From Tubulanus polymorphus (lineage: Eukaryota > Animalia > Nemertea): a stretch of DNA of 64,000 nt. The DNA is taken from contig NC_134032.1 of the NCBI RefSeq assembly GCF_964204645.1, forward strand, positions 14,062,275 through 14,126,274, written 5' to 3'. A program made the translations under genes and the position numbers. Position 1 is the stretch's first letter. Each line of letters opens with the position of its first letter. Of this stretch, positions 1 to 14,100 are shown piece after piece. The notes beneath the pieces are model-generated. The model was not told the origin of the DNA, made no database searches, and worked only from the letters and a program-made list of their open reading frames with translations.

Positions 1-420
1 GAGAGATAACTGGGGTGGTAGAGAGATAACTGGTGTGGTAGAGAGATAACTGGGATAACTGGGGTGGTAGAGAGATAATTGGGATAACTGGGGTGGTAGA
101 GAGATAACTGGGATAACTGGGGTGGTAGAGAGATAACTGGGATAACTGGGGTGGTAGAGAGATAACTGGTATGGTAGAGAGATAACTGGTGTGGTAGAGA
201 GATAACTGGGATAACTGGGGTGGTAGAGAGATAACTGGTGTGGTAGAGAGATAACTGGGATAACTGGGGTGGTATAGAGATAACTGGGATAACTGGGGTG
301 GTAGAGAGATAACTGGGATAACTGGGGTGGTAGAGAGATAACTGGGATAACTGGGTGGTAGAGAGATAACTGGGATAACTGGGGTGGTAGAGAGATAACT
401 GGAGATAGGAGTGAGATATC
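1..420. repeat. Minisatellite, variable ~19-28-bp units (GAGAGATAACTGGG[ATAACTGG]GGTGGTA)
   Basis: Directly visible tandem units running off the window start. Confidence 0.95.
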
Positions 421-926
421 TGGGATGATAGAGGGATAACTCGCGAACTGGGGTGACAGAGAAATAACTGAGGTGGTGGGTGACTGGTGGTGTGATATGG
501 AAGTGGGTGACTGAGAATCAATCATTAATATCTTTAACTATCAAGTGTATAAGTAAGCATGTTGATATCTCAGATATTTTGATATTCTCCGCGATACGGT
601 TTGATACTGTTTGATACGTATATCTGATATTCTCCGAGGTTGCTGTTTCATATTCCCTCTTAGATTTCAATATAGATATGAGTCATACTTTACGCCAGAG
701 CAACAGTCTCTCTCATTCTCCGTTGAGGGAAACATACAGTCTCTAAGGAGTCTCACGGATCAATGAGTCGTATATTTGAGTCGACTCACGACTCACGCGA
801 CTGGCGGAGTCATTAGCTGGACTGACGGAGAGTGGTTTGATTGATGAGATACACAGGTAACATTAGTTGAGTCATTGATAGTTTGATATATTAGAAGGAT
901 TTAATCTCAAACTGTGAGACCGTTAT

Positions 927-1795
927 ATCTCCCCCTCGTCTACCCCCTCCCCTACTGGTTCACTCACATTCATCTCCCCCCGGTCTACCCCCTCCCCTAC
1001 TGGTACATTCATCACCCCCCTCGTCTACCCCCTCCCCTACTGGTTCACTCACATTCATCTCCCCCCTCGTCTACCCCCTCCCCTACTGGTTCACTCACAT
1101 TCATCTCCCCCCTCGTCTACCCCCTCCCCTACTGGTTCACTCACATTCATCTCCCCCCTCGTCTACCCCCTCCCCTACTGGTTCGCTCTCATTCATCTCC
1201 CCCCTCGTCTACCCCCTCCCCTACTGGTTCACTCACATTCATCTCCCCCCTCGTCTACCCCCTCCCCTACTGGTTCACTCACATTCATCTCCCCCCTCGT
1301 CTACCCCCTCCCCTACTGGTTCACTCACATTCATCTCCCCCTCGTCTACCCCCTCCCCTACTGGTACATTCATCTCCCCCCCCCCCTCGTCTACCCCCTC
1401 CCCTACTGGTACATTCATCTCCCCCCTCGTCTACCCCCTCCCCTACTGGTTCACTCACATTCATCTCCCCCCTCGTCTACCCCCTCCCCTACTGGTTCAC
1501 TCACATTCATCTCCCCCCTCGTCTACCCCCTCCCCTACTGGTTCACTCACATTCATCTCCCCCCTCGTCTACCCCCTCCCCTACTGGTTCGCTCTCATTC
1601 ATCTCCCCCCTCGTCTACCCCCTCCCCTACTGGTTCACTCACATTCATCTCCCCCCTCGTCTACCCCCTCCCCTACTGGTTCACTCACATTCATCTCCCC
1701 CCTCGTCTACCCCCTCCCCTACTGGTTCACTCACATTCATCTCCCCCCTCGTCTACCCCCTCCCCTACTGGTTCACTCACTCACTCACATTCATC
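927..1795. repeat. C-rich minisatellite, 46-bp unit
   Basis: Unit ATCTCCCCCCTCGTCTACCCCCTCCCCTACTGGTTCACTCACATTC repeated; explains ORF 914-1819. A CT-rich low-complexity tract follows (~1930-2420). Confidence 0.95.
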
Positions 1796-4239
1796 TACCT
1801 CCACCTCAGCTCGGTGTGAGTCAGTAGTAACTTGTTTTTCCAATAAAGATTAAAATCAGAACCACTGAGAAATCGATATAGAAATAGATTCAACACCTTA
1901 AAATATATACTACCCTCATCCATACTTCATTCCTCTCCTCTTTCTCTCATTCTCTTCCTCTGCCTTTCTCCTTTTCTCCCAGACTCTACCTCTCCCCAGC
2001 CTCTCTCTCCTCTCCCTCTCTTCTCTCTCCCCAGCTGTCCTCAGCCTCTCCCTCTCCCCAGCCTCTCCCCTCCTCTCCTCCCCAGCCTCTCTTCTCTCTC
2101 CCCAGCTGTCCTCAGCCTCTCTCCCTCTCCTCTCCTCAGCCTCTCCCCTCCTCTCCTCCCCAGCCTCTCTTCTCCCCTGCTGTCCCCAGCCTCTATCCAG
2201 CCTCTCTATCCAGCCTCTCTCCTCTCTCCTCAGCCTCTCTCTCCTCTCTCCTCAGCCTCTCTCCTCAGCCTCTCTCTCTCCTCTCTCCCTCTCCTCTCTC
2301 CTCAGCCTCTCTCCTCAGCCTCTCTCTCTCCTCTCTCCTCAGCCTCTCTCTCTCCTCTCTCCTCTCTCCTCAGCCTCTCTCCTAGACCCTCTCCTAGACT
2401 CTCTCCTAGACTCTCCCTGTCTCTATCTCTGCTATACACACAACACTTCATTAACCATAAAAACATCAAAGTAAATTTTTAACTGATGAATATTAATCAG
2501 GTTAATTAATCTTCTTCGTTTTGAAGCCGCTACGAGTTTCTTCTGACCGCATCCTTTCATCCGTTCTCGAACCGTTCATCTCGATAATTAGCGTCGTCGC
2601 TGATACCGTCAGACGGGACGAGAATAATATAAAGACGGCCGCCGTTTCTTTGTATCGCCGTGACGACTATCGCGCAATCGCCGATTGTTGGAAGTTAATA
2701 ATGGTCACAACGCGTCCGGTCAGTTCATCGTTACCATGGCGATTCGATAAAACGGCCGATAGATTGTTAACCGGTTAATTTCTGCGACGTGGATTAAATG
2801 GCGCTTGAAGGTGTATTCGGCGTTTTTAAGGTTTCTCAGAAAATATTAATCAAAAAACTTCCCAGCTTTCAAATATGAGCGAAAAACTAAATGTGGCAAG
2901 TGAGGATCCACCAGGTGTCACTAGTGTTCAGCGGGGTATGTCTCTTTAAACTTATCTAAATTTGGAACCCTATTAAGTAGGTGTAACAACAAATCTAGAA
3001 GATTAGGAATTTTTTGTAAAACGATTGTGAAACTTATCAACCCTCGCCGTCATTTAAGGATCTAGAAACCCACTTCTTTACCATTCAGCCTTCAGGTCCA
3101 TTGTAAATATATAAGTAGCTGTACATAACAACTTCATTTTTCTTTGTATAGTGTATATAACATGTATTCTGTGTACAGCTGTTGTGTTCCTTTTTTCTCT
3201 GTCAAATTTTATTGATTATTCTATATTATTCTATATTTTACGTTATGTTATACAATTGTAAATACTTCTTGATGTCCCTCTGTATACCTCTCGTTGAGGT
3301 GATGAGTGTAAATAAATTTCAATTTCATTTCAATTTCAATTGTATCAACTACTGCGGTTATAGAGGATCCACTTGGCTACGATAGTGTGTAGTACGATAT
3401 CAACTACTGCGGCAAATGAGGATCCACCAGGTGTCGCTAGTATGCAATAGGACAACGATGCTGCTAAGGATATGTTTATAATGGGGCCCCGGTGCACCAG
3501 TTATCCCATCAGGTGGCGCTACTATTTCAGATATATTCGATCAAAATTAAATCGTATTGAATTAACTTCAATCTTTATGAACTCATTGTTCGATCTTAAA
3601 ATTAGACCAATTTTGCAAATTCTGAATAACGCTTAGAGTTCATATTATTTTTACGTGTGATTTGTAAAAGTTGCGAATTTATTTAAGTTTTATTTAAGTT
3701 TTAAGTTAAAGAAGAAATCGAGCATTGACTTTGTACTGTAACCACCTGTTTGTTTCTATTGTTCAAATGTGTTTGTTTTTTTTTTTTTTTTACTCTCTCT
3801 CTCTCTTGTAATTTGTCAGTATCTCTTTCTGTTTTATTTTATCGCCATGTCTGTCTCATGTAATATCTGTAATTACAAGGACGCAATAAATTTGGAATTG
3901 AATTGTACACTAGCGACACCTGGTGGCTTGCTGTAGTAGCGTTACCGCCGGTAATTAATAACGACGTGTTGTGTTTTTGAAGCGTTTGAGTTTTTTTATG
4001 CGTTTTTTAACTGTTTGTGATTAAAGTGAGAGAAAGAGACTCGTGAGACACCGGTTAACGTGACTGTCGGGAATTTACTGTAATCTGTTTAACACCGTCT
4101 GGAAACACGGTAGAAATTACCGTAATGTTGTCTACAACGCGCCTTGACGACTGAAATTCAGTGTCTCCCATTACATTTCAGAGCTGATGTATATTGTAGG
4201 TTTTACCATTTTTAGTGTTATCTAACTTCTGACTTCGCT

Positions 4240-4813
4240 CAGGTAAATCGGGATTAAAATCGAGAACAATTTAGTGTTTCCCAACTAGAGGTCGATACCC
4301 AAATAAGGGTAAACCAGGAATTAAATCTGGAACAATTTAGTGTTACCCAACTAGAGGTTGATACCCTTATTAGGGTAAACCAGGAATTAAATCTGGAACA
4401 ATTTAGTGTTACCCAACTAGAGGTTGATACCCTTATTAGGGTAAACCAGGAATTAAATCTGGAACAATTTAGTGTTACCCAACTAGTGGTTGATACCCTT
4501 ATTAGGGTAAACCAGGGTTTAAATTTGGAACGATTTAGTGTTACCCAACTAGATGTTGATACTCAAATTAGAGTATACCAGGACTTAAATCTGGAACAAT
4601 TTAGTGTTACCCAACTAGAGGTTGATACCCAAATTAGGGTAAACCAGGACTTAAATCTGGAACAATTTAGTGTTACCCAACTAGAGGTTGATACCCAAAT
4701 TAGGGTAAACCAGGACTTAAATCTGGAACAATTTAGTGTTACCCAACTAGAGGTTGATACCCAAATTAGGGTAAACCAGGACTTAAATCTGGAACAATTT
4801 AGTGTTACCTAAC
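4240..4813. repeat. Minisatellite, 57-bp unit, ~10 copies
   Basis: Unit TTAAATCTGGAACAATTTAGTGTTACCCAACTAGAGGTTGATACCC...; explains the 19-aa periodic ORF 4486-4812. Confidence 0.95.
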
Positions 4814-5179
4814 TGGCTAGTTTTTTAGACGTGTGTGAAATTTGATGTTTTGTATTTTAACCGTAGAATATCACTGTTTGCAGTTATGAACCTTCGGTTT
4901 TCGCAACACAAAAAAAAAAGATTCTGATCTTCTTTCTCATAAATATAGGTAGAATACAACGTAATAGAATACAATGTAACAACGTTATATCCCAGCGTAA
5001 TTCACTGATGAAACCTTAGAACAAGTTATTCATTATTTACAACGTTACAGTCTAACGGGAGTGTTTGGTAGTAGTACGCCATCTGGTGGTAGAATTCAAT
5101 ACTTTATATTCTTCTGTTAAGGCAGTTGTAATAGAGGAACATGTTTTAATGAAGGTTTCGTACGTTTTATATTTTTCAG

Positions 5180-8100
5180 AGAAAAACGAAGACGAAATTA
5201 AAATATTTCGACACCGGCGGAAAAAACATAGAAACGGCCGATTTGATAAATATTGATGAGAAGCAAAACGTAAGTCGGATTTCAGGATTTTACTGACAGA
5301 AGGGGTGAAGGGAGTGAGGGGAGGGGTGAGGGAGGCAGGGAGAGGTGAAGGGAGCGATGGGGAGGTCAATTTTAAAAAGTAGTTTGGATCCAGTTCGACG
5401 GTTCGCTTATTGTGGACCTGGATCCAGTGATGTATTTCACGTATTTTTTACCTTTTTTCTGAAAATGTAAAAATTCTGATATCTAAGAAAATGAATTGCA
5501 GCCTTCAACTGTTAATGGTTGAATTTTCCCATTTGTCTTGTGCTAATTATCGCAAACACTTAATAGAGCTCGAAAAAAAACAATGATTTGAAATTTTTTG
5601 ATTTATTAATTGATTTGCGTTTTAGAAAGAAAAATTTAAAAAAAACTTTTCAAAAATATTTCAAACTTTTAAAATGTTTTGTTTTTGAAGGATGCAGCTC
5701 AGGGTAGTGGATACTGGGATACGGAGGACGATACGTTGGATTCGTCGTCGGGAGCTGGACCGGATGATGAGGATGCTGCCGGTGAATCATCTGGAAACGG
5801 TAAGTGAACGTGTATTGATTAATGTTGTTACAGTCTGATAGATGGCGAACTAGTCAACTTTAATTAACATCACCACTGATTGAATCGGCTGGTTTACGTT
5901 TAGTATCAGTCGGTGTATTTGAACTCGGGGGATTAAATCTGCAACTAATCCTAATCCTCGTTTTCAATAAACTCCCTCGTTTTTCACGGTCAAATATATT
6001 TTCTCAAATCTTTTAAATCTAGGGAAAAAACGTTTTTCTCGTGGTGAGTTTAACCCTCCGCTTCCTGGATTCCGGCGAGCCCTTATTTTCAAATCTGGAT
6101 TCTTTAAACAGAGTCTGTTTCTACCTGACCCACCATAGTTAGAAAAAAAGCACATTCCAACCATGACTGGCCGAAGAATTCCTAGGAATTCCAGGAATAA
6201 TCAGGCGGTCATTTCAAATCTGGACTCTGATGAGCTACCTATCCTCCATGGATAAAAGATGAGCACATTCCAACTGCTACCTATCCACCCTGGATAAAAG
6301 ATGAGCACATTCCAACTGCAGAAGTTTGAGCAATTCCCGTACAAACCCCTTCATGACCAGATACCCCTCGAACATACCGGTAGATTAGACACCTTTTGGG
6401 TTTAAAAGCACCAACGGTGGTTTGAATATCTCGTGAGACTCATAGCCCTCCCTTCCTCTCCCCCTCTCTTCTCCCCCTCTCCTTTCTCCTCTCCCCTGGT
6501 TGTTTGTCTGCTCTGAGGGCAGGGTGACGTCTGCGCAGCGATCAATCAATCAAATTGATTGATTAAATTACTGTTAGTAGATTAATGCATTAGAACAATA
6601 GTGTTAGAGATGTAGGATTTATATTGATTCATATAATAAACCCTCGGTACAATACGGACGATCATACACACACTATATATCTCACTAATACTCAGTCAAA
6701 GAAAGTTCACAATTCAGTGATTATTATCGCGATCATGAATCTCGTTCGGTATTTATGTATTTACGAATAGAAAAGGTTCACGTGAGATTTAGAGGTTAAG
6801 AGGTAGCATGAGAGGTCACCTCGAGCGGTCCTCGCTAGAGAGGTTACGTGAGAGGTTCGAATAGGGTCATCTGATAGGTACGAGAGACCGTATGAGAGGC
6901 TAGAGAGGTTACATTCGAGGTCATTCGAGCGCGGTATAAGAGACGATGTTGAGTGGTGACATTAATCAGTATGGTTTACTAAGTGAGTTGTCGCAAACAG
7001 GTTCACACCAATTACTACATGTTGCCGCTGACTACACAGCAACATGGTAAGCCTAATTAGAACTGAGAAAAACATGACAGAGTTACAGAGAGAGGGAGGG
7101 AGGGTAGATGAGAGGTGAGCAGGTTGAGCTTGAGTTGAGAAGGTCAATATGAAAGTTGCTGATCCCCTCTCAGGGTCTATCCGCTATAACCCCTAAAATC
7201 TGCTATATCTCCTCACAGGGTGGGTCTATCTGCTATATCCCCTCACAGGGTGGGTCTATCTGCTATATCCCCTCACAGGGTGGGTCTATCTGCTATATCC
7301 CCTCACAGGGTGGGTCTATCTGCTATATCCCCTCACAGGGTGGGTCTATCTGCTATATCCCCTCACAGGGTGGGTCTATCTGCTATATCCCCTCACAGGG
7401 TGGGTCTATCTGCTATATCCCCTCACAGGGTGGGTCTATCTGCTATATCCCCTCACAGGGTGGGTTTATCAGCTATATCCCCTCACAGGGTGGGTCTATC
7501 TGCTATATCCCCTCACAGGGTGGGTCTATCTGCTATATCCCCTCACAGGGTGGGTCTATCTGCTATATCCCCTCACAGGGTGGGTCTTTCTGCTATATCC
7601 CCTCACAGGGTGGGTCTATCTGCTATATCCCCTCACAGGGTGGGTCTATCTGCTATATCCCCTCACAGGGTGGGTCTATCTGCTATATCCCCTCACAGGG
7701 TGGGTCTATCTGCTATATCCCCTCACAGGGTGGGTCTATCTGCTATATCCCCTCACAGGGTGGGTCTATCTGCTATATCTACAGGGTCTGTCTGCCATGT
7801 CTCATTTCTCAGGGTTTAATATTATGACTGATGTTTAATAATAGTCATTACCTCAGGTGTGATGACTTTTTATTGAGTGGTTGGACTATGGTAGCTAAAG
7901 TGGCTGGCAGCTGAATCAACTACTGGTACATCAAGTAGCTGAAGTGAATGGTGCCACTAGTTGCGGAGGTCATCAGTGCTGCACTCTGGTGGCACTGGTT
8001 CGGATGGAAAAGGGTTAGAAAATCGTCAAATAGTGAATGATGTATATTGTATAATCGCATAGAGATAAATGTTAGTTAGTATTCATAGGATTTATTGGAA

Positions 8101-11100
8101 GTAGCGGAATATGAGTTTGAATGAATCTCCAACATTTAAACAAGAGGTTTATATATATATATATATATATGTACGTGTACTATATATTGATATTTTATTG
8201 TCTGTCTCTCTCATGAAATATCCGATAACGTATTCAACTTCGTTTGTGTCTCATTTATAATTCATACAACAATCAAACGAGTAAATTCCCAGAACGCGTG
8301 TATAAAATACTCATAAATTACTTGCCAGCGCCGCACCCGCGAACGCTACTCAATCATCCGTCCGTCGTCACGGTTATTGTCACCGTTAGCGATTAGTTCT
8401 CTAATTGTTGCGATTCATTATTAAATAAGATTTTGAAGTGCTACTAAATGAAATTTATAAAACAATTCACTTCGGGATGATAACTCCACTAGGTGGCACT
8501 GCTAATGCGCTTACATGCCACTAGGTGGCATCACTTTCACACATGTCACAACGAGCACTGGTCCTGTACTTACATGTCATGAGGTGGCTCTAGAGTAGTG
8601 TAGTTTTAAAGTATCAGATGGCGCTAGTGTAGTATAGTTTAATAGAGTCAGATGGCGCTGGTGTAGTATAGTTTGAAAGAGTCAGATGGCGCTAGTGTAG
8701 TACAGTTTAAAAGAGTCAGATGGCGCTAGTGTAGTGTAGTTTCAGGTAGTTAGATGGCGCTAGTGAAGTTTAGTTTAAAAGAGTCAGATGACTCTAGTGT
8801 AGTGTAGTTTCAGGTAGTTAGATGGCGCTCGTGTATTGAAATAGCGAGATATAAAGGGCTGTAATATTAGCGAGGAGAATAGAACTGATGTTTATCTCAG
8901 TAGCCGTGTACACACAGACACATACAACACTGCGGTGTGTGACAAAACTGTGTGTCTAGTTAATTACTGTGTCGTTTATATAAAAACATTGACGGCAGCG
9001 AGGAGCGAGGAGCGTGAGTGTTTAGTAAGCAGCAGCCTGTTACAGGCTGACTGGTCAGCAGGCTTACAGAGTCACACGTGATATTATTTCTACGTGACAC
9101 ACGCAGCAGCAGCAGCTCATATAGCGATTACAACGTTATGAATATAGTGTTGTGAGTCGTTGAGTCGTCAGTCGTTGGAGTCCCGTACGAGACTCGTCCT
9201 CGAGTGCGCCGAGTAATTATTACCGCTGTTGCCGATGACGACGAAGTTTGCGCATCTTCGTCGTGATTTCGTGAACTTCTCGATGTTGATTGTTGTACTG
9301 TTGCTATCGGTAACGACGGTCGCTACTCAGCCTCCTCCGGATTACGAGAGTAAAGGTACGTACTTCTTCGATCGTGGAAATAATTGATATCTCGATATTG
9401 TTTACGATATCTCAGAATTTCAGAAAATCAACCAACGTGAATTGAAGAGCTTGCAATGTGAAGCATTGCTGAATTTTTTCGCAATATTTTAGAGTTTCAG
9501 GATTGTACCACAATTTCAGGGTTTGGAATGTGAGTTAGGGGTAGTTTTTATGAGATAGTCCCAGGGTACCAGTCAATGTTAAAGGTAGGGGTCATAGTCA
9601 AGAGATGATTTAGGGTACCTAGAACTGGATGGTGTAGTGTCCTGGTACTACAGTCCTATTGCATGGGATATGTTTAGGGGATATCAATGGTTATAGATTT
9701 CAGAGGATTCTATCTGTCAGAGATTGTATTTGGGCACCAGACTGCCCATGTTGGGCTCCTGTATAGTGAAATAAGTTGTTTGGGCACCAGACTGCCCATG
9801 TCGGGCTCCTGTATAGTGAAATAAGTTGTTTGGGCACCAGACTGCCCATGTCGGGCTCCTGTTTGCAGAAGATAGTTATTTGGGCACTAGATTGCCCTTG
9901 TCAAGCTCCTGTTTGCAGAAGTTAGTTATTTGGGCACTAGATTGCCCTTGTCAAGCTCCTGTATGCAGAAGTTAGTTGTTTGGGCACTAGACTGCCCATA
10001 TTAGGTTCCTGTATGCAGAAGTTAGTTGTTAGGGCACTAGACTGCCCATATCAGGTTCCTGTATGCAGAAGTTAGTTGTTAGGGCACTAGACTGCCCATA
10101 TCAGGTTCCTATACGCAAAGTTAGTTGTTTTAGCTCCCAATGAAATTATTTTCATAAACATTGACATGCATAATATAAATACATAGATAGATACAGATAT
10201 CAGTAGTAGTTGAATTGAACACATCTGCTCTCTGTGTATGTATGTATGTATGTATGCGCTTATGTGTGTGTATTTTATAGATTATAAAATCTATGTTTAC
10301 CCCTCGTGCTAGGAACGTGAGTGGCCTGGAGTGAGTACTCACGTATTAACCATCTGCAATATTAAAAACGTAATTGATATATCAAATATTTTACGCGTTT
10401 AATTTTTTAAGTACAGCGTGCTGGCTGCTTGCACACAGTCCCTCGGTCTTAACATTATGTTCTATTAATGACCTATTTATATTATATGTGTACGGATTGC
10501 GTGAAATATATCGATATTAGTGGTTTTCAGGATCCTCAATATTCTAGGTTAAACTTTCGAAAAGTTAACGATAAATTTATTGTTTGAGACAACCGCGGAT
10601 GTAGATAGGACTGCCTCTTCAGCGTCGAGCAATTGTAGGGTCTCTGGATATTCAAAATGAACTAGTTTCAACTGTTTGAATCAAACTTGATGAAGTGTGG
10701 AACTGTGGAACTGTGGATCAATTGTCCGTAGTCCAGTTCTCACAACCAACAAGTTGTGGGGTTGGTTTGGTATGAATCAGTTGATAATCAGTTTGTGTTT
10801 ATGGTGCGATGTATTGTGTATTGGGTACTAGAATGACAATAAGAATTGTTACACGGTTTTCAGTTTATTTCACTCGCGGGAAATCTAGTGAAATGATATC
10901 AGACGGTTGGTAATAGGTTGTGTCGTCATACACGGGATAGTGCGTGATCAGATTTTACAAATATTCACTTTTAACACAAGTGCATTTTTACTATTCACTT
11001 AAACGCTGTCTCAGTATCTCTTCTTACCTTCTAATCCTCAGTTGGACTCCTCTCACCCACTCCCTCTTCTCCCTTCTCTCTCCCCTTTCTCATTTTGCCC

Positions 11101-14100
11101 TTATAACCTCCCTTCTCTCAATCTAATCCCTCTGCTCTTCCCTTCAGTAGATACCCCACTCTCTTAGTCCATCTTTCCTCCTCTTCCCAAACTAAATCCC
11201 TTTCTCTTCTTGCACTTAAGTACTACAATCCCGCTCTGTCCCACTCTGACCCACTCTGTCCCACTCAGCCCCACGCTGTACCACTCTGACCCACTCTGTC
11301 CCACTCTGCCCCCACTCTGACCTATCCGTCCCACTCAGCCCCACTCTGACCCACTCTGACCCACTCTGTCCCACTCTGCCCCACTCTGACCCACTCAGCC
11401 CCACTCTGACCCACTCAGCCCCACTCAGCCCCACTCTGCCTCACTCTGCCCCACTCTGCCCCGCTCTATGATATCCACTGTAACCCATCAGCGCTCTGAT
11501 AGGTTCAGTTCGCTCATTCCTCATTGTGCAGATTTCTGATGCTGTTATGATTCAATATATTTCCATACAATGCGTGTTTATTGATGATTAGCTAATAAAA
11601 TCAGATCCGTATTGAAATAGATTGTGATTGAATTTTCCCAGGTATTTATCTCTATGCGTAGATCACTGATGTTATTGTGAGTTGTTGCTGCTGCTGCTGC
11701 TGCTACTACCATCAAATCATAAATGCTAACATAAGTAATACTTTTAACAATTTATTCAGTCTGAAATCCATATAGAATACGTTCATTGGCTGTACATGAT
11801 AAATAGAAAAACTGACGCTGGTTTCCCTGACTAGATTTTAGATTTGGACCAGGTAAATTATACCAGGGGCCAGTTTTATAGACTGGTATTAGCTTTAACC
11901 CGCAGATTTACTCAATTGAAAATGAATTGAGTTAGCCGGCGGGTTAAAGTAAATACCAGTCTATTAAACTGGCCCCAGGGTACTGGGACCTTGGAATAAT
12001 CATATGACTATGACTCCAAGCTGGGACAGAGTACGAGAAGCCTCTATGTCAGGCACAGACAAGGGATCACTTACAGGGATTTAACAATGATATAAACTCT
12101 AAACCAGTCACCCCACCCAATTACATCCCCCTCATTTGACACTCCTTTAAGCGGTTACAGACTCCATATTTGACACTCCTCACTGCCCGTACAGACTCAA
12201 TATTTGACACTCCTCACCGCCCGTACAGACTCTATATTTGACACTCCTCACCGCCCGTACAGACTCTATATTTGACACTCCTCACTGCCCGTACAGACTC
12301 TATATTTGACACTCCTCACTGCCCGTACAGACTCTATATTTGACACTCCTCACTGCCCGTACAGACTCTATATTTGACACTACTCACCGCCCGTACAGAC
12401 TCAATATTTGACACTCCTCACTGCCCGTACAGACTCTATATTTGACACTCCTCACCGCCCGTACAGACTCTATATTTGACACTCCTCACCGCCCGTACAG
12501 ACTCTATATTTGACACTCCTCACCGCCCGTACAGACTCTATATTTGACACTCCTCACCGCCCGTACAGACTCTATATTTGACACTCCTCACCGCCCGTAC
12601 AGACTCTATATTTGACACTCCTCACTGCCCGTACAGACTCTATATTTGACACTACTCACCACCCGTACAGACTCTATATTTGACACTCCTCACCGCCCGT
12701 ACAGACTCTATATTTGACACTCCTCACCACCCGTACAGACTCTATATTTGACACTCCTCACCGCCCGTACAGACTCTATGTTTGACACTCCTCACCGCCC
12801 GTACAGACTCTATATTTGACACTCCTCACCGCCCGTACAGACTCTATATTTGACACTCCTCACTGCCCGTACAGACTCTATATTTGACACTGATTGCTCT
12901 CCGTACAGAAATAAGTGAATAAGTTCTCCGAAGAGATGAAACATAACAAACTTCAGGTGGCACATTCCAACAGTTCATTCCGTTGATTTTGAAAGGAACG
13001 AAATTAAATGAAAGCGTTGCCACGGCGACGGGATTTATTTACAAATCGTAGATAATCAACTATAATCGTAACCGTGGCGCCGGCCTCCACTAAACCGTCA
13101 TCTTGTTGGCAATTCTCGGCGGGAATTCTCGAATGGTGGTCGGATCCAAGGGACCCACTATGTGCTAGAGTTTAACTGAAATACTTTAATCATAGAAAAA
13201 GAGTCAAATTGAATCAGAGTTTGCATCAGATGGTAGCTTTAAGTGCACCAGACTTAAGTTATAAGTGCACCAGATTGTAGCTATAATTACACCTGAGGGT
13301 AGCTGTAAGTGCACCAGATTGTAGCTGTGAGTCCACCTGAGGGTAGCTGTAAATGTCTCTGTTTGCTGTATGGAGAACAGAGGATGACATTTACTCTGTT
13401 TTTGTTTTTTTTTTTTATTGCTACAGCATCAGTCATCGTTGTGTAGAATGAGGTATGAATAAAATATATATAATCAACACATTGCGGTGGCTGTTTCTGT
13501 TTGACAGAACACGACAGACGTGCTCGGGGTTAAAACAGACTACCAGATACCAGACGCAAAGTCACGATCAGACACTGACACTGTAGAGATGCTTGGAGCA
13601 GATACAGCGACACTGGAGAAGCCTGGAGCAGACAATGATACTGTATAGGAGCCTGGAGCAGACAGTATCACTGGAGGAGCTTGGAGCAGACAATGATACT
13701 GTATAGGAGCCTGGAGCAGACACAGTGTCACTGGAGGAGCCTGGAGCAGACAATGATACTGTATAGGAGCCTGGAGCAGACACAGTGTCACTGGAGGAGC
13801 CTGGAGCAGACACAGTGTCACTGGAGGAGCCTGGAGCAGACAATGATACTGTATAGGAGCCTGGAGCGGACACAGTGTTACTGGAGGAGCCTGGAGCAGA
13901 CACAGTATCACTGGAGGAGCCTGGAGCAGACACAGTTATACTGGAGGTGCCTGGAGCAGACAATGATACTGTATAGGAGCCTGGAGCGGACACAGTGTTA
14001 CTGGAGGAGCCTGGAGCAGACACAGTATCACTGGAGGAGCCTGGAGCAGACACAGTTATACTGGAGGTGCCTGGAGCAGACACAGTGTCACTGGAGGAGC

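Noticed and set aside
13427-13452. Possible syndecan micro-exon (good acceptor and donor)
   Set aside because: Contains an in-frame TAG in the required phase and would shift the frame.
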